From Pyrodictium delaneyi (lineage in GTDB: Archaea; Thermoproteota; Thermoprotei_A; Sulfolobales; Pyrodictiaceae): a stretch of 32,000 nucleotides of DNA. Each line of letters opens with the position of its first letter. Positions within the stretch are counted from its first letter, which is position 1. Shown here piece after piece: positions 1 through 7,781 of this stretch. Made by a program: the position numbers and the translations under genes. Below the pieces are notes generated by a model, which saw nothing but the letters and a program-made list of their open reading frames with translations, searched no databases and was not told the DNA's origin. The stretch spans positions 1,830,001 through 1,862,000 of the forward strand of contig NZ_CP013011.1 in NCBI RefSeq assembly GCF_001412615.1, given 5' to 3'.

Positions 1-545
1 TGGACGTTGATCACGCCCCCGAGGAGGGGGTCGCCTTCTAGGCTCCGGGCGAACCGCCTGGCCTCCTCCACCGCCCGGTAGGGGTCCACGTCGCCCATTA
101 TCACGGGGCCTAGCCGTGCGCGTACACCGTGCTCCCGGGCAGCCTTGGCCGTGGCCTCGGGCTCGAAGTACATGTCTATGAAGCCACAGGTACCCGTCGA
201 GATCATCTCGATGACTGCTAGCCTCGACGCGTGGTAGATGGTCTCCGGCGTGAGCCGCTTCTCCACGAACCACATCCTTGCGAGCCACTCGTGTAGCTCG
301 CTGTCGTCGTGAAAGCCGCGGAGCAGCGTCATAGCCACGTGGGTGTGCGCATTGTAGAAGCAGGGCAGCGCGACACCGTAGCGTGGACAATCAATGACTA
401 TCCCGGACTTGGCGCCGCTCGGGGGCCGGTCGCCGATGTACAGTATCCTGCCGTCCTCGGCGTAGACGATAGTGTCGCGGAGGGGGCTGCACCCCGCGCA
501 GGGGAGTAGTAGGCGGCATCGTAGTAGGAGCGGCTCCCCGCCCAA
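1..545 (-). CDS. Amidohydrolase-superfamily deaminase (MtaD / chlorohydrolase-like), N-terminal ~181 codons; gene continues beyond window start
   Basis: Not in the ORF track because it runs off the window. My minus-strand translation reads LGGEPLLLRCRLLLPCAGCSPLRDTIVYAEDGRILYIGDRPPSGAKSGIVIDCPRYGVALPCFYNAHTHVAMTLLRGFHDDSELHEWLARMWFVEKRLTPETIYHASRLAVIEMISTGTCGFIDMYFEPEATAKAAREHGVRARLGPVIMGD... It has the HxH metal motif (NAHTHV) and the DD..L.EWL block typical of this family. Start taken as TTG 545-543, the first canonical start downstream of the TATA-like box at 585-595; the start is uncertain. Confidence 0.75.
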   Translation of the reverse strand, partial: MGGEPLLLRCRLLLPCAGCSPLRDTIVYAEDGRILYIGDRPPSGAKSGIVIDCPRYGVALPCFYNAHTHVAMTLLRGFHDDSELHEWLARMWFVEKRLTPETIYHASRLAVIEMISTGTCGFIDMYFEPEATAKAAREHGVRARLGPVIMGDVDPYRAVEEARRFARSLEGDPLLGGVINV

Positions 546-584
546 GGCTATGCACTTATGTCCAGGGTCTCCAGGGGCGCCCCG

Positions 585-595
585 GGTTATTAACC
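585..595. promoter_or_regulatory. Palindromic AT-rich TATA-like box GGTTATTAACC in a divergent intergenic region
   Basis: It is the only AT-rich element between the minus-strand amidohydrolase (start ~545) and the plus-strand moaB-like gene (686). It lies ~45 nt upstream of the TTG at 545. Confidence 0.3.
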
Positions 596-685
596 AGCCT
601 TGACGCTGGGATAATCCTGTCCCGTGCGGCGGGGCACCCTTTTCCTTCCCTAGCCTGCTCCTCTACTGGAGGTGTATCCCCGGGT

Positions 686-1210
686 ATGGCTCGCTGGGGC
701 CTAGTCGTCACGAGCGACCGGGTCAAGGAGCACCCGGAGCAGGACGAAACGACCCCCATGCTGAGGAGACTCCTCGGGGAGCACGGCCACGAGCTAGTCT
801 ACACCGCTATCGCGGGGAACGACCCTGTCGAGATACTCTACCACATCGCGGCGGCGCTGCATGAGGGCGCAGAGGTAGTGCTCGTCACTGGCGGCACGGG
901 GCCTAATCCCCGCGACATCTCGGCCGACCTGGTCTCGAGGATCTGTGACCGGGTGCTACCCGGCGTGGGGGAGGAGTTCCGCCGCCGCAGCCTAGAGGAG
1001 GGTGTGGCGAACGCCGTGCTTAGCCGCGCGCTCGCCTGTAGCTTCCGCGACCGCCTGCTAGCGGTGAGCCCCGGTAACCCAGGGGCTGCGCGGCTAATGG
1101 CAGAACTGCTGCTAGAGGTCGTGGATCATGCGCTTCACCAGCTCCGCGGACACCGCCACGAGCACCACAAGCACCACACCCACAACCACGGGAAGACATG
1201 TAGACATTAG
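686..1210 (+). CDS. moaB: MoaB/MogA-family molybdenum cofactor biosynthesis protein with His-rich C-terminal tail
   Basis: 174 aa. WGLVVTSDR near the N-terminus and the LVTGGTGPNPRDIS block match the MoaB/MogA (MoCF_biosynth) signature TGGTG..RD. The last 22 residues, LRGHRHEHHKHHTHNHGKTCRH, contain 9 His. Confidence 0.75.
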   Translation: MARWGLVVTSDRVKEHPEQDETTPMLRRLLGEHGHELVYTAIAGNDPVEILYHIAAALHEGAEVVLVTGGTGPNPRDISADLVSRICDRVLPGVGEEFRRRSLEEGVANAVLSRALACSFRDRLLAVSPGNPGAARLMAELLLEVVDHALHQLRGHRHEHHKHHTHNHGKTCRH

Positions 1211-1272
1211 CTCCGGCCTCCCGGGTCCCATGGAGTCTCGCCGGGGAATGGTTTATTGGAGGCCAGCCCCAC

Positions 1273-1279
1273 TCTATAG
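1273..1279 (+). promoter_or_regulatory. TATA-like box (TCTATAG) ~30 nt upstream of ATG 1306, suggesting a leaderless transcript
   Basis: CTCTATAGC resembles the CTATAAGG/CTTATAG boxes seen upstream of other genes in this window. Its distance to the ATG fits archaeal -26/-27 spacing. Confidence 0.35.
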
Positions 1280-1305
1280 CTGAGACACCTGGGGCTAGGA
1301 TAGCT

Positions 1306-1785
1306 ATGCCAGTAGTACAGTCACAGACAACACAGACGCAACAAGGCCTCGGCCCGGGAAATAGTGCTGTAGCTTCAGGCCCTGTAGCGGCCATACAGCA
1401 CGTACTCCGGAGACTACAGTTGATGGTGGGCCACGAGTACGCGAAGCTCGCCAGGCTCAACACGTGCAGCCACGAGTTCCTAGACTTCGTGGACAAACTA
1501 GAGGAGGCAGCAGACCGGGAGATGCAGTACCGGGGCTTCGAGAAGCTCCCAGCACCAGCAGCCCGCGGCAGGGTCGACCTCGTGCTCGGCTGGTACCAGG
1601 GCGAGGGCTTCATAGTCGAACTGGGGCTCCGCGGGCTCAACCGCTGCGGAGTCCTAGAGGAGCTCGCGGGTAGCGAGCCACCCCGGGTCTACGCCCGGTT
1701 CTACATTGGTGGCCGCGTAGCCTTCATCCTAGAAGCATCGGAGGAGAAGGACACCACTCTAGCCGAGACAGGGTACATCATGTAA
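1306..1785 (+). CDS. Hypothetical protein (159 aa), no family recognised
   Basis: Long ORF with protein-like composition and a TATA-like box at -30. The antisense ORF 1020..1640 is Pro/Ser/Arg/Cys-rich and looks like a shadow. The Q/T-rich N-terminal 40 aa may not be translated (alternative Met at residue 40). Confidence 0.55.
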   Translation: MPVVQSQTTQTQQGLGPGNSAVASGPVAAIQHVLRRLQLMVGHEYAKLARLNTCSHEFLDFVDKLEEAADREMQYRGFEKLPAPAARGRVDLVLGWYQGEGFIVELGLRGLNRCGVLEELAGSEPPRVYARFYIGGRVAFILEASEEKDTTLAETGYIM

Positions 1786-2008
1786 CAACAATTACCAGTC
1801 CAAAAGCATTACTTCATAGGCTTCACATTATTCCTCTCGGCTCCTAGTAGCCGTTACCCATACTGCGGTCTACGCCCATGACTCTTACTCCGGCCTCGGG
1901 GCTCCTAGGGACACTTTTGTTGCCGGCTACTACTCCCTTCTAGGGAATTCTACACGATAGAGCTTTATCTAGGCCACATGCCCTGCTAGGAGAGGGAGGA
2001 GCTGCTCC

Positions 2009-2521
2009 ATGATCCTATTCCGCCGTCACCGGGACTACCTGGTGAGAAATGGCCCTCAGTTCACCCTCATCTCGCCCGCCTTCAACGACGGCGAGAGAAT
2101 ACCTCAACGTTATACTTGCGACGGGGAGGACGTCTCGCCGCCTCTTGAGTGGAGCGGAGCCCCTGCCTCTACAGCTAGCTACGCCCTCATAGTCTATGAT
2201 CCCGATGCGCCCCGGGGCACCTTCATACACTGGGTCATCTACGACATTCCCCGCGAACTAGCCGCGCTCCCGGAGGGTGTTCCCAGGGACCCGGTCGTCG
2301 AGGGCCTCGGGCTCCAGGGCCGCAACGACTTCGGCAAGCTCGGCTACGGCGGGCCATGTCCGCCCCATGGAGACCGTCCGCACCGCTACGTGTTCGCCCT
2401 CCACGCGCTCGATATAGAGACTCTCGGTCTAGAGCCCGGAGCCCGGGCAGACGATGTACTCGAACACATCAAGGGCCATGTCATAGGCTACGCTGTGCTA
2501 ACCGGCACCTACTCTAGATAG
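2009..2521 (+). CDS. PEBP / YbhB-YbcL family (Raf-kinase-inhibitor-like) protein
   Basis: 170 aa with SPPLEWSGAP, YDPDAPRGTFIHW and GYGGPCPPHGDRPHRYVFALHALD, the hallmark PEBP motifs. An AT-rich box (GCTTTATCTAGG) and GGAGGAG lie upstream. Confidence 0.85.
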   Translation: MILFRRHRDYLVRNGPQFTLISPAFNDGERIPQRYTCDGEDVSPPLEWSGAPASTASYALIVYDPDAPRGTFIHWVIYDIPRELAALPEGVPRDPVVEGLGLQGRNDFGKLGYGGPCPPHGDRPHRYVFALHALDIETLGLEPGARADDVLEHIKGHVIGYAVLTGTYSR

Positions 2522-2679
2522 CTGCCTGTAAAGAGCCTCTCCGCCACACATGGACAATGAACTACAGCATTTCAGCATAGTCACAGCCGACCCTGTGCCA
2601 CCGACACCTAGAGGGCATGACGCGGCGCAGCCATAGGTAGCCGAGAAGTGTTTACCGGCAAGGCAGCAGGCAGAGCAGC

Positions 2680-3486
2680 GTGGAGGCGGCCAGCCAGCTT
2701 GGACACCATTCTGGCTCTCTTGGTGGGCTCGTAGCTGGTTTCTCGCTCGGGCTAACAGGCGGCGGTGGCTCAGCGCTTGGCGTTCCACTATTGGTCTACA
2801 TTGTCGGGTTGAGTCCACACCACGCTGTAGGGGCATCTCTTGTAGCGGTTGGCGTCATCTCTCTCATAAGCTCGGTACGATACATGCGTCAAGGCTACGT
2901 GGTCTACAGAATAGGGCTTGTCATGGCTGCCGCCTCGCTTGCTGGCGTCTACCTGGGCAGTTACCTCAATAGCTACGTTGAGGGCCCACTGCTCCTAGTG
3001 CTCTTTGCCCTCCTCATGATAGCTATAGCGGCCAGGATGCTGCTGAGAAGCAACGCAGAGATAAACAACGAAGCATACACGACAGCGCCTAGCCGGGCAA
3101 GCCGTATAGACTATGGACGTATACTCCTGCTAGGATTTATCACGGGTGTAGCCTCAGGATTCTTTGGCGCCGGCGGCGGGTTCTTGATAGTCCCGGCTCT
3201 CGTGTGCGGTGCAGGTCTAGAGATGCGTGAGGCCATAGGAACATCTCTGTTCATAATATTCGTCAACGGTGTCGCCGGGCTAGTAAGCTATTATGCACAG
3301 GGAAGGCCAATGGATCCATTTGTGACAGCTCTCTTTACTCTAGGCGGATCTATTGGCGGAATCTTCGGCTCTAGTTTAGCCGCAAAGGTTCCAGGCAAAA
3401 CGTTAAGAATGGCGTTCTCTATACTGCTAATATTCGTAGCTGTATACATGATTGTTACAAATATTCACGCAGTACTATACCAGTAG
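2680..3486 (+). CDS. TauE/SafE (DUF81) family anion/sulfite exporter-like membrane protein
   Basis: 268 aa and polytopic, with the two-fold repeated glycine motif (LTGGGGSALGVPLLVY and FGAGGGFLIVPALV). GTG start. GC content drops along the 3' third of the gene. Confidence 0.85.
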   Translation: MEAASQLGHHSGSLGGLVAGFSLGLTGGGGSALGVPLLVYIVGLSPHHAVGASLVAVGVISLISSVRYMRQGYVVYRIGLVMAAASLAGVYLGSYLNSYVEGPLLLVLFALLMIAIAARMLLRSNAEINNEAYTTAPSRASRIDYGRILLLGFITGVASGFFGAGGGFLIVPALVCGAGLEMREAIGTSLFIIFVNGVAGLVSYYAQGRPMDPFVTALFTLGGSIGGIFGSSLAAKVPGKTLRMAFSILLIFVAVYMIVTNIHAVLYQ

Positions 3487-3629
3487 AGTTTGAAAAATCA
3501 TGTTCAGTATAAAGTATATTATTAAACGATTTCTAAAATAATTGTTTCTAAGATTTCACCAAGACACTTAAAAGGATGTGCCTAAGTTTGACCTTACATA
3601 ATGTTAAACTATGACTACTCTTTCCAGAT

Positions 3630-4445
3630 CTAGTTTATTAACTTATTTTCACGCATATAACGTGTAATTAATTCACCTAACCTAGTAAGCCTATAATACT
3701 TATGTAAGCATCTAGTCTCTTTCTTAGGCTTAGCCTTTCTATGCTTCATCTTCAATACCTTAGGCTTGGTCTCAGCTATAAGTCCCAACTCTATAAGCTT
3801 ATCTATTAGACACTGCGTCTCATCAACTTTCATCGACAGTATACGTGCAATAGTTACCACATGTTCGTGTCCTGCCTCCCTGAGCAGTAACAGCAGCTTG
3901 CCAGCCTTACTACACCCGGTTAATAATGTTAAATATTTCTCAAATAAGTTACGTTGTTTCATACTTCTTAGGATCATTTCTCCTTCTCTTGACAACTTGT
4001 AGTATGTATGGTGTTTTCTTACCCCGTAACTCAGCTTGAGTTTAGCCTCTGTACGTTTGATAGCTGAACCGTGTACCCTCTCTACTAGTCCTAGCTGTTC
4101 TAAGTGGTCAAGCGCTAGTACGATATCTTCAATGGGCATCCTCAACACCCTTGCAATTGACTTCGCGTAGTCAGAACACGCCTTCCTTAGATGGAAGAGG
4201 ATGTAAACGTGTAGGGGTTTTAGTGCCGACAACATGGCTATCTTATGTCCTTTATCGCTACACTTGCCTGCTATTTCTTCTAGTAGGTTCTTGATTTCTT
4301 TGGTTACTCTTTTTCCCTCCTTAGTTAGTTCATAGTATTGCCCGTGTCTTCGGACTTCGTTTGACTTCGCCCTAACTTTGATCCAAGGCTTTACGCTCGA
4401 CGTCGCAGTATTCTTTGGTACTGTTTTTCCTTGTATTCTTCTCAC
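3630..4445 (-). CDS. Winged-helix (wHTH) repeat DNA-binding protein, AT-rich; probably the downstream part of a frameshift-split gene
   Basis: 271 aa with two complete repeats plus one partial repeat. Each repeat is a helix-turn-helix segment, then L-x-x-LGL[VI], then a basic wing, then H-x-YY-x-L[TS]-x-x-G. The wing motifs are GQYYELTKEG, HHTYYKLSREG and HKYYRLTRLG. GTG start at 4445. Confidence 0.7.
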   Translation of the reverse strand: MRRIQGKTVPKNTATSSVKPWIKVRAKSNEVRRHGQYYELTKEGKRVTKEIKNLLEEIAGKCSDKGHKIAMLSALKPLHVYILFHLRKACSDYAKSIARVLRMPIEDIVLALDHLEQLGLVERVHGSAIKRTEAKLKLSYGVRKHHTYYKLSREGEMILRSMKQRNLFEKYLTLLTGCSKAGKLLLLLREAGHEHVVTIARILSMKVDETQCLIDKLIELGLIAETKPKVLKMKHRKAKPKKETRCLHKYYRLTRLGELITRYMRENKLIN

Positions 4446-4455
4446 AAGTCCTTTA

Positions 4456-4611
4456 CTAACAAGATTCTGCTAATGTCTGTTCCACCACAGATACATCAAT
4501 GTTTGTCCTCTCGCCGAGAAGTCTCCTGCTTAATAGACTAGGCGTGTCAGGACCGTATGTATATAGATGTAGGAGTATCTTTATACTGAGCTCGTCAAGC
4601 TGCCACTTCAT
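4456..4611 (-). CDS. Small ORF (51 aa) encoding only the helix-turn-helix half of a wHTH repeat; likely the 5' fragment of the 3630..4445 gene
   Basis: Hand translation gives MKWQLDELSIKILLHLYTYGPDTPSLLSRRLLGERTNIDVSVVEQTLAESC*. It is below the track length cut-off. It matches the first half of the repeats in the downstream ORF, and the missing LGLV-plus-wing half follows in the +1 frame. Confidence 0.45.
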   Translation of the reverse strand: MKWQLDELSIKILLHLYTYGPDTPSLLSRRLLGERTNIDVSVVEQTLAESC

Positions 4612-4932
4612 ATTGTTAACACCCAGCTTCACCATTTACTACAGTTATGTATCTGCGCTGGAAACGCTTGATGCATAGTTGTTGCAATACCTTCTGTCTG
4701 TTTTTCACTTATATTATACCTCTACGCTACTGCGGGTTCATGAGTTCTCATTGTCGCTAGTTATCGTATTGCATGCTCTATTTGCCTAGTACGTCTTGAC
4801 CGCCTTCCTTTAAACCCTCCTCTTTCCGTAGTGGTTGTTTCTTACCAATGGCAGAGGTTACTGCCATAAATCTAGTGTATCAATAATAGTGTGCTGTTGA
4901 ACGTAGCTTAGTATGTCAGGTGTGTCGAGTTT

Positions 4933-5889
4933 ATGGACAGGCTAGTCGTAGTAGCCCTTGGGGGTAATGCATTTGCGAGAAAGGGAGAAAGGCTTAGCAG
5001 TCAATGGCGCAACGTGAGGATAGCTGCTGAGGCTGTGGCAGAGCTCGTCGAGAGAGGGTATAGAGTGGTAGTGACTCACGGTAATGGCCCGCAAGTGGGT
5101 ATGCTTCTAGAGTGGATGTACAAGGCTTCTCGTGGCTCCTCAGAGCCGCTTTCTATGGATGTGGCTGTGGCTATGACGCAGGGCTGGTTAGGCTACATGC
5201 TTCAACAGGCCATAGGTAATGCGCTGAAGGAGCGCGGCCTACCCCGCCGTGTAGCTGCCATCGTTACCCAGGTGCTTGTGCGCCGCGATGACCCAGCGTT
5301 CCGGGAGCCGAGCAAGCCCATAGGCCCCTACTACACCCGTGACGAGGCCGAGCGCCTCGCCGTGGAGACGGGCTGGGTGTTCAAGCAAGATCCCCGGGGT
5401 GGTTACCGTCGCGTAGTCCCCAGCCCGCGGCCCGCCATGGTGGTAGAGCTGGAGGCTGTCAAGGCGTTGCTCGGAGCCGGCTACGTGGTGATAGCTGCTG
5501 GAGGCGGCGGTGTGCCCGTAGTACAGAGCAACAACTGGCTCCACGGCCTAGAGGCGGTCGTGGATAAGGACTATGCCTCAAGCCTGCTAGCCCGGACCCT
5601 TGAGGCATATGCGCTCCTCATACTCACCGACGTACCATACGTCTACATTGACTATGGCAAGCCAGGCCAAAAACCCCTAGAGAAGCTGACAGCTAGCGAA
5701 GCCCGGCGCCTCATAGCCGAGGGACAGTTTCCACCGGGCAGCATGGGTCCTAAAGTGGAGGCGGCTGTAGAGTTTGTAGAAGCGCGTGCAAGGGCTGGCT
5801 GCACGGATTGCTATGCCGCTATAGGCCGGCTAGAGGACGCGGCCCTCATAGCCGAGGGGAAGAAAGGCACAGTAATAGTGCCCGGCTAG
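4933..5889 (+). CDS. arcC: Carbamate kinase
   Basis: 318 aa with VVALGGNAF, VVVTHGNGPQVG, GGGGVPVV and VDKDYASSLLA, which are characteristic carbamate kinase (amino-acid kinase family) blocks. The length is typical. Confidence 0.9.
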   Translation: MDRLVVVALGGNAFARKGERLSSQWRNVRIAAEAVAELVERGYRVVVTHGNGPQVGMLLEWMYKASRGSSEPLSMDVAVAMTQGWLGYMLQQAIGNALKERGLPRRVAAIVTQVLVRRDDPAFREPSKPIGPYYTRDEAERLAVETGWVFKQDPRGGYRRVVPSPRPAMVVELEAVKALLGAGYVVIAAGGGGVPVVQSNNWLHGLEAVVDKDYASSLLARTLEAYALLILTDVPYVYIDYGKPGQKPLEKLTASEARRLIAEGQFPPGSMGPKVEAAVEFVEARARAGCTDCYAAIGRLEDAALIAEGKKGTVIVPG

Positions 5890-5894
5890 GCCAT

Positions 5895-5990
5895 CTACTG
5901 CTCCGGGGTCTTCCCCGCACGCTTATGGAAGAGCAGCCTCATCGCCACCTGCGCGAGGAACACTACGATGAATATAGTCGCGAACTCCAT
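5895..5990 (-). CDS. Possible 31-aa hydrophobic micro-ORF
   Basis: Hand translation gives MEFATIFIVVFLAQVAMRLLFHKRAGKTPEQ*, with GAGG just upstream of the ATG. There is no other support, so it may be spurious. Confidence 0.2.
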   Translation of the reverse strand: MEFATIFIVVFLAQVAMRLLFHKRAGKTPEQ

Positions 5991-6233
5991 GAACCTCTTA
6001 GTAGAAAGCCTGAGACCGCCACGAGGGCGGGTAGATTCCGCGTGACTGCGCCTATATGCACATCATATCGTCTTACTCGTAGCCCGTGAACGCTTCAGCA
6101 GCATATGTCTAGGCTTCTAGCCCCTGAGCACGACGATATCGACGAGTAGGCATTAAGTTACATGCTTTAGAGGTGGTACACCGGAGGCCGTAATCCTGCC
6201 GCTAGGCAGCCGTGCACATAACTCCTACGGGGG

Positions 6234-6698
6234 CTAGGCCCGCTGGTATAGCGGACAGAGACCACAGAACCAGGGTGCCTCGGCGACCCGCACCCTGTAA
6301 ACGCCTGCCTCGTCCTCGACTGCTATGCCGTGGAGCTGCTCTGTTGCTTCTCTGCTGAGTCTCCACAGCCCACAGACACCATTACGACTGTGGAGGCATG
6401 TCTGTGCCTTCCAGCCGCCTATCATAGAGGCTGCCTGGTGGAAGGCCTCCAGCTTGGAGACGCGTTGCTCGTAGAGACTTAGCACTGCAGCATAGCCTTC
6501 GACCTGGCTCTGTACGCTCTTCACAGCAGCCCCCAGCTCGGCCAGCTCCTCCTCCACATGTTCTACCTTCCCGCGTAGCTCTTCCAGCTCCCGGTCGGGC
6601 TTCTCGACGACGCCTGGCTCCGGCTCTATAAGCGCCTGGACGCTGCCGCTTCTTCCTACGCCTAGGGCGAGAGCCTCAGCCGCCATCCTGGTGATCAC
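6234..6698 (-). CDS. Hypothetical coiled-coil protein with C-terminal 4-Cys module
   Basis: 154 aa. The centre is a heptad-like acidic helix (DRELEELRGKVEHVEEELAELGAAVKSVQSQVEGYAAVLSLYEQRVSKLEAF). The C-terminus has C-x7-C (CLHSRNGVC) and C-x2-C (CGLC). An AT-rich box (AAATTTAGTAGAATA on the minus strand, ~6705-6720) lies just upstream. Confidence 0.6.
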   Translation of the reverse strand: MITRMAAEALALGVGRSGSVQALIEPEPGVVEKPDRELEELRGKVEHVEEELAELGAAVKSVQSQVEGYAAVLSLYEQRVSKLEAFHQAASMIGGWKAQTCLHSRNGVCGLWRLSREATEQLHGIAVEDEAGVYRVRVAEAPWFCGLCPLYQRA

Positions 6699-6797
6699 CT
6701 CCCTGGTATTCTACTAAATTTGGCTCCTCGAGCCTACTCCGAGTAAACTATTACAGCCATGCCTGGGGCGAGAAGGCCTCTGGGCTGCTAACACCCC

Positions 6798-6931
6798 GGT
6801 AACACGCGTCCCCGGGACTCGGTGAGCCAGGGAGTGATTGGGACCGGCCACCTCTCCCGGGGCGGCGTTATGGGTGTTACCCTCGTTGCCACGGGATTAG
6901 CTGCTGGGCTTCCTTGGGCTTAGCCCAGCAG
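6798..6931. ncRNA. Candidate structured RNA: three-tier 84-nt hairpin plus a 10-bp perfect hairpin; strand and identity unknown
   Basis: Nested perfect helices GGTAACAC 6798-6805 / GTGTTACC 6874-6881 and CCCCGGGA 6810-6817 / TCCCGGGG 6855-6862. An inner helix GGTGAGCC 6821-6828 / GGCCACC 6846-6852 has one bulged A. A second hairpin pairs CTGCTGGGCT 6901-6910 with AGCCCAGCAG 6922-6931. The region lies in a 282-bp non-coding gap between two minus-strand genes. Confidence 0.3.
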
Positions 6932-6980
6932 TGCCCACTGGGCTGCTGTGCCCCTGGCTCCGCTAGGCCATATACCCGCC

Positions 6981-7622
6981 TTAGCTGTTCTCTACACCCC
7001 TATCGTCTCGCTTCTTATTCATAGCCTCGGTCTTCATGAATGCATCGAGCCCGGTCTGTTTCCCTGCTTTCCCGGCCATCCTCTCGAGGCTCTCGAGCCG
7101 CTCGAGTATACTTCTCGGGGGCCGCGGCTTTTCGCCCCGGAGCAGTGACAGGAAGAACGTGTCCCTCACCGGCTCGTAGACCAGCTTATAGAACCTCTGA
7201 GGATCCCGGAGCACCCACTCCGGGAACAACGAGACATACTCCAGCGCAGCCTTCCAAGCCTGCTCCCACGGTATGAGCTTGGAGACCCTCAGCGTCACTT
7301 CGCGGTCGAAATCCCTAGGGGTCTGCTCCTCCCCGCCCAGGGCGTACCAGCCCCTCCTCCCAACCACGACGCACTCGCCCAGCTCCTCAACCATGCCCTC
7401 AGGGCAGCGTCTCCCCTCCCGCGCCACATGGGCGCCGCGGCGTAGGAGCTCGTCGAGCCTGGCAGCCCTCCTCCAGCCACGAGGCCCGTAGTACTTGGCC
7501 CATGCATAGAATATGGCGCGGTTGAGGCCCCAGCTCTTCGCCCTCTCCAGGTCACCCTTCAACTTGTAGTAGCGGGCAGCCTGCAGCAACGCCATGACCT
7601 GGAAACGCCCCAAACCAGCCAT
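6981..7622 (-). CDS. Hypothetical protein (~213 aa from ATG 7622; GTG 7661 or 7679 also possible)
   Basis: The track ORF 6981..7820 would overlap the tRNA-Leu gene. A TATA-like box (CTATAAGG on the minus strand, plus coordinates 7693-7700) argues for a start at or below ~7670. The composition is protein-like (W/Y/R-rich helical); no family was recognised. Confidence 0.6.
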   Translation of the reverse strand: MAGLGRFQVMALLQAARYYKLKGDLERAKSWGLNRAIFYAWAKYYGPRGWRRAARLDELLRRGAHVAREGRRCPEGMVEELGECVVVGRRGWYALGGEEQTPRDFDREVTLRVSKLIPWEQAWKAALEYVSLFPEWVLRDPQRFYKLVYEPVRDTFFLSLLRGEKPRPPRSILERLESLERMAGKAGKQTGLDAFMKTEAMNKKRDDRGVENS

Positions 7623-7781
7623 CCTGACAAGATCCTCTGGACGAGGCAGGGCCAGAGCCACCCCGTTAAGCAGAACCACTATGGTTGAAGCCTTATAGCC
7701 CCGGAGACAGCTAGTCCAGAAGCCACGGGGCACCCGAGGGTTTTCCGGCTCCAGCCCCCTTCGGCCGCCGCCCAAGTGGAC

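Noticed and set aside
1020-1640. A 206-aa minus-strand ORF spans the moaB 3' end and the 1306 gene.
   Set aside because: It is Pro/Ser/Cys/Arg/Gly-rich low-complexity sequence, antisense to two better ORFs. It is a typical shadow ORF in high-GC DNA.
6722-6960. I tested whether the structured region is RNase P RNA or SRP RNA. GAGAAGGCC...GGGCTTA could mimic a P4 pairing, and a GGTAAC motif is present.
   Set aside because: Universal RNase P elements (GGAAAGUCC, AGGGUGAAA, ACAGAA) and the SRP helix-8 GGAA/AGCA motifs are absent on both strands, and the region is rather short. It is kept only as an unclassified candidate RNA.
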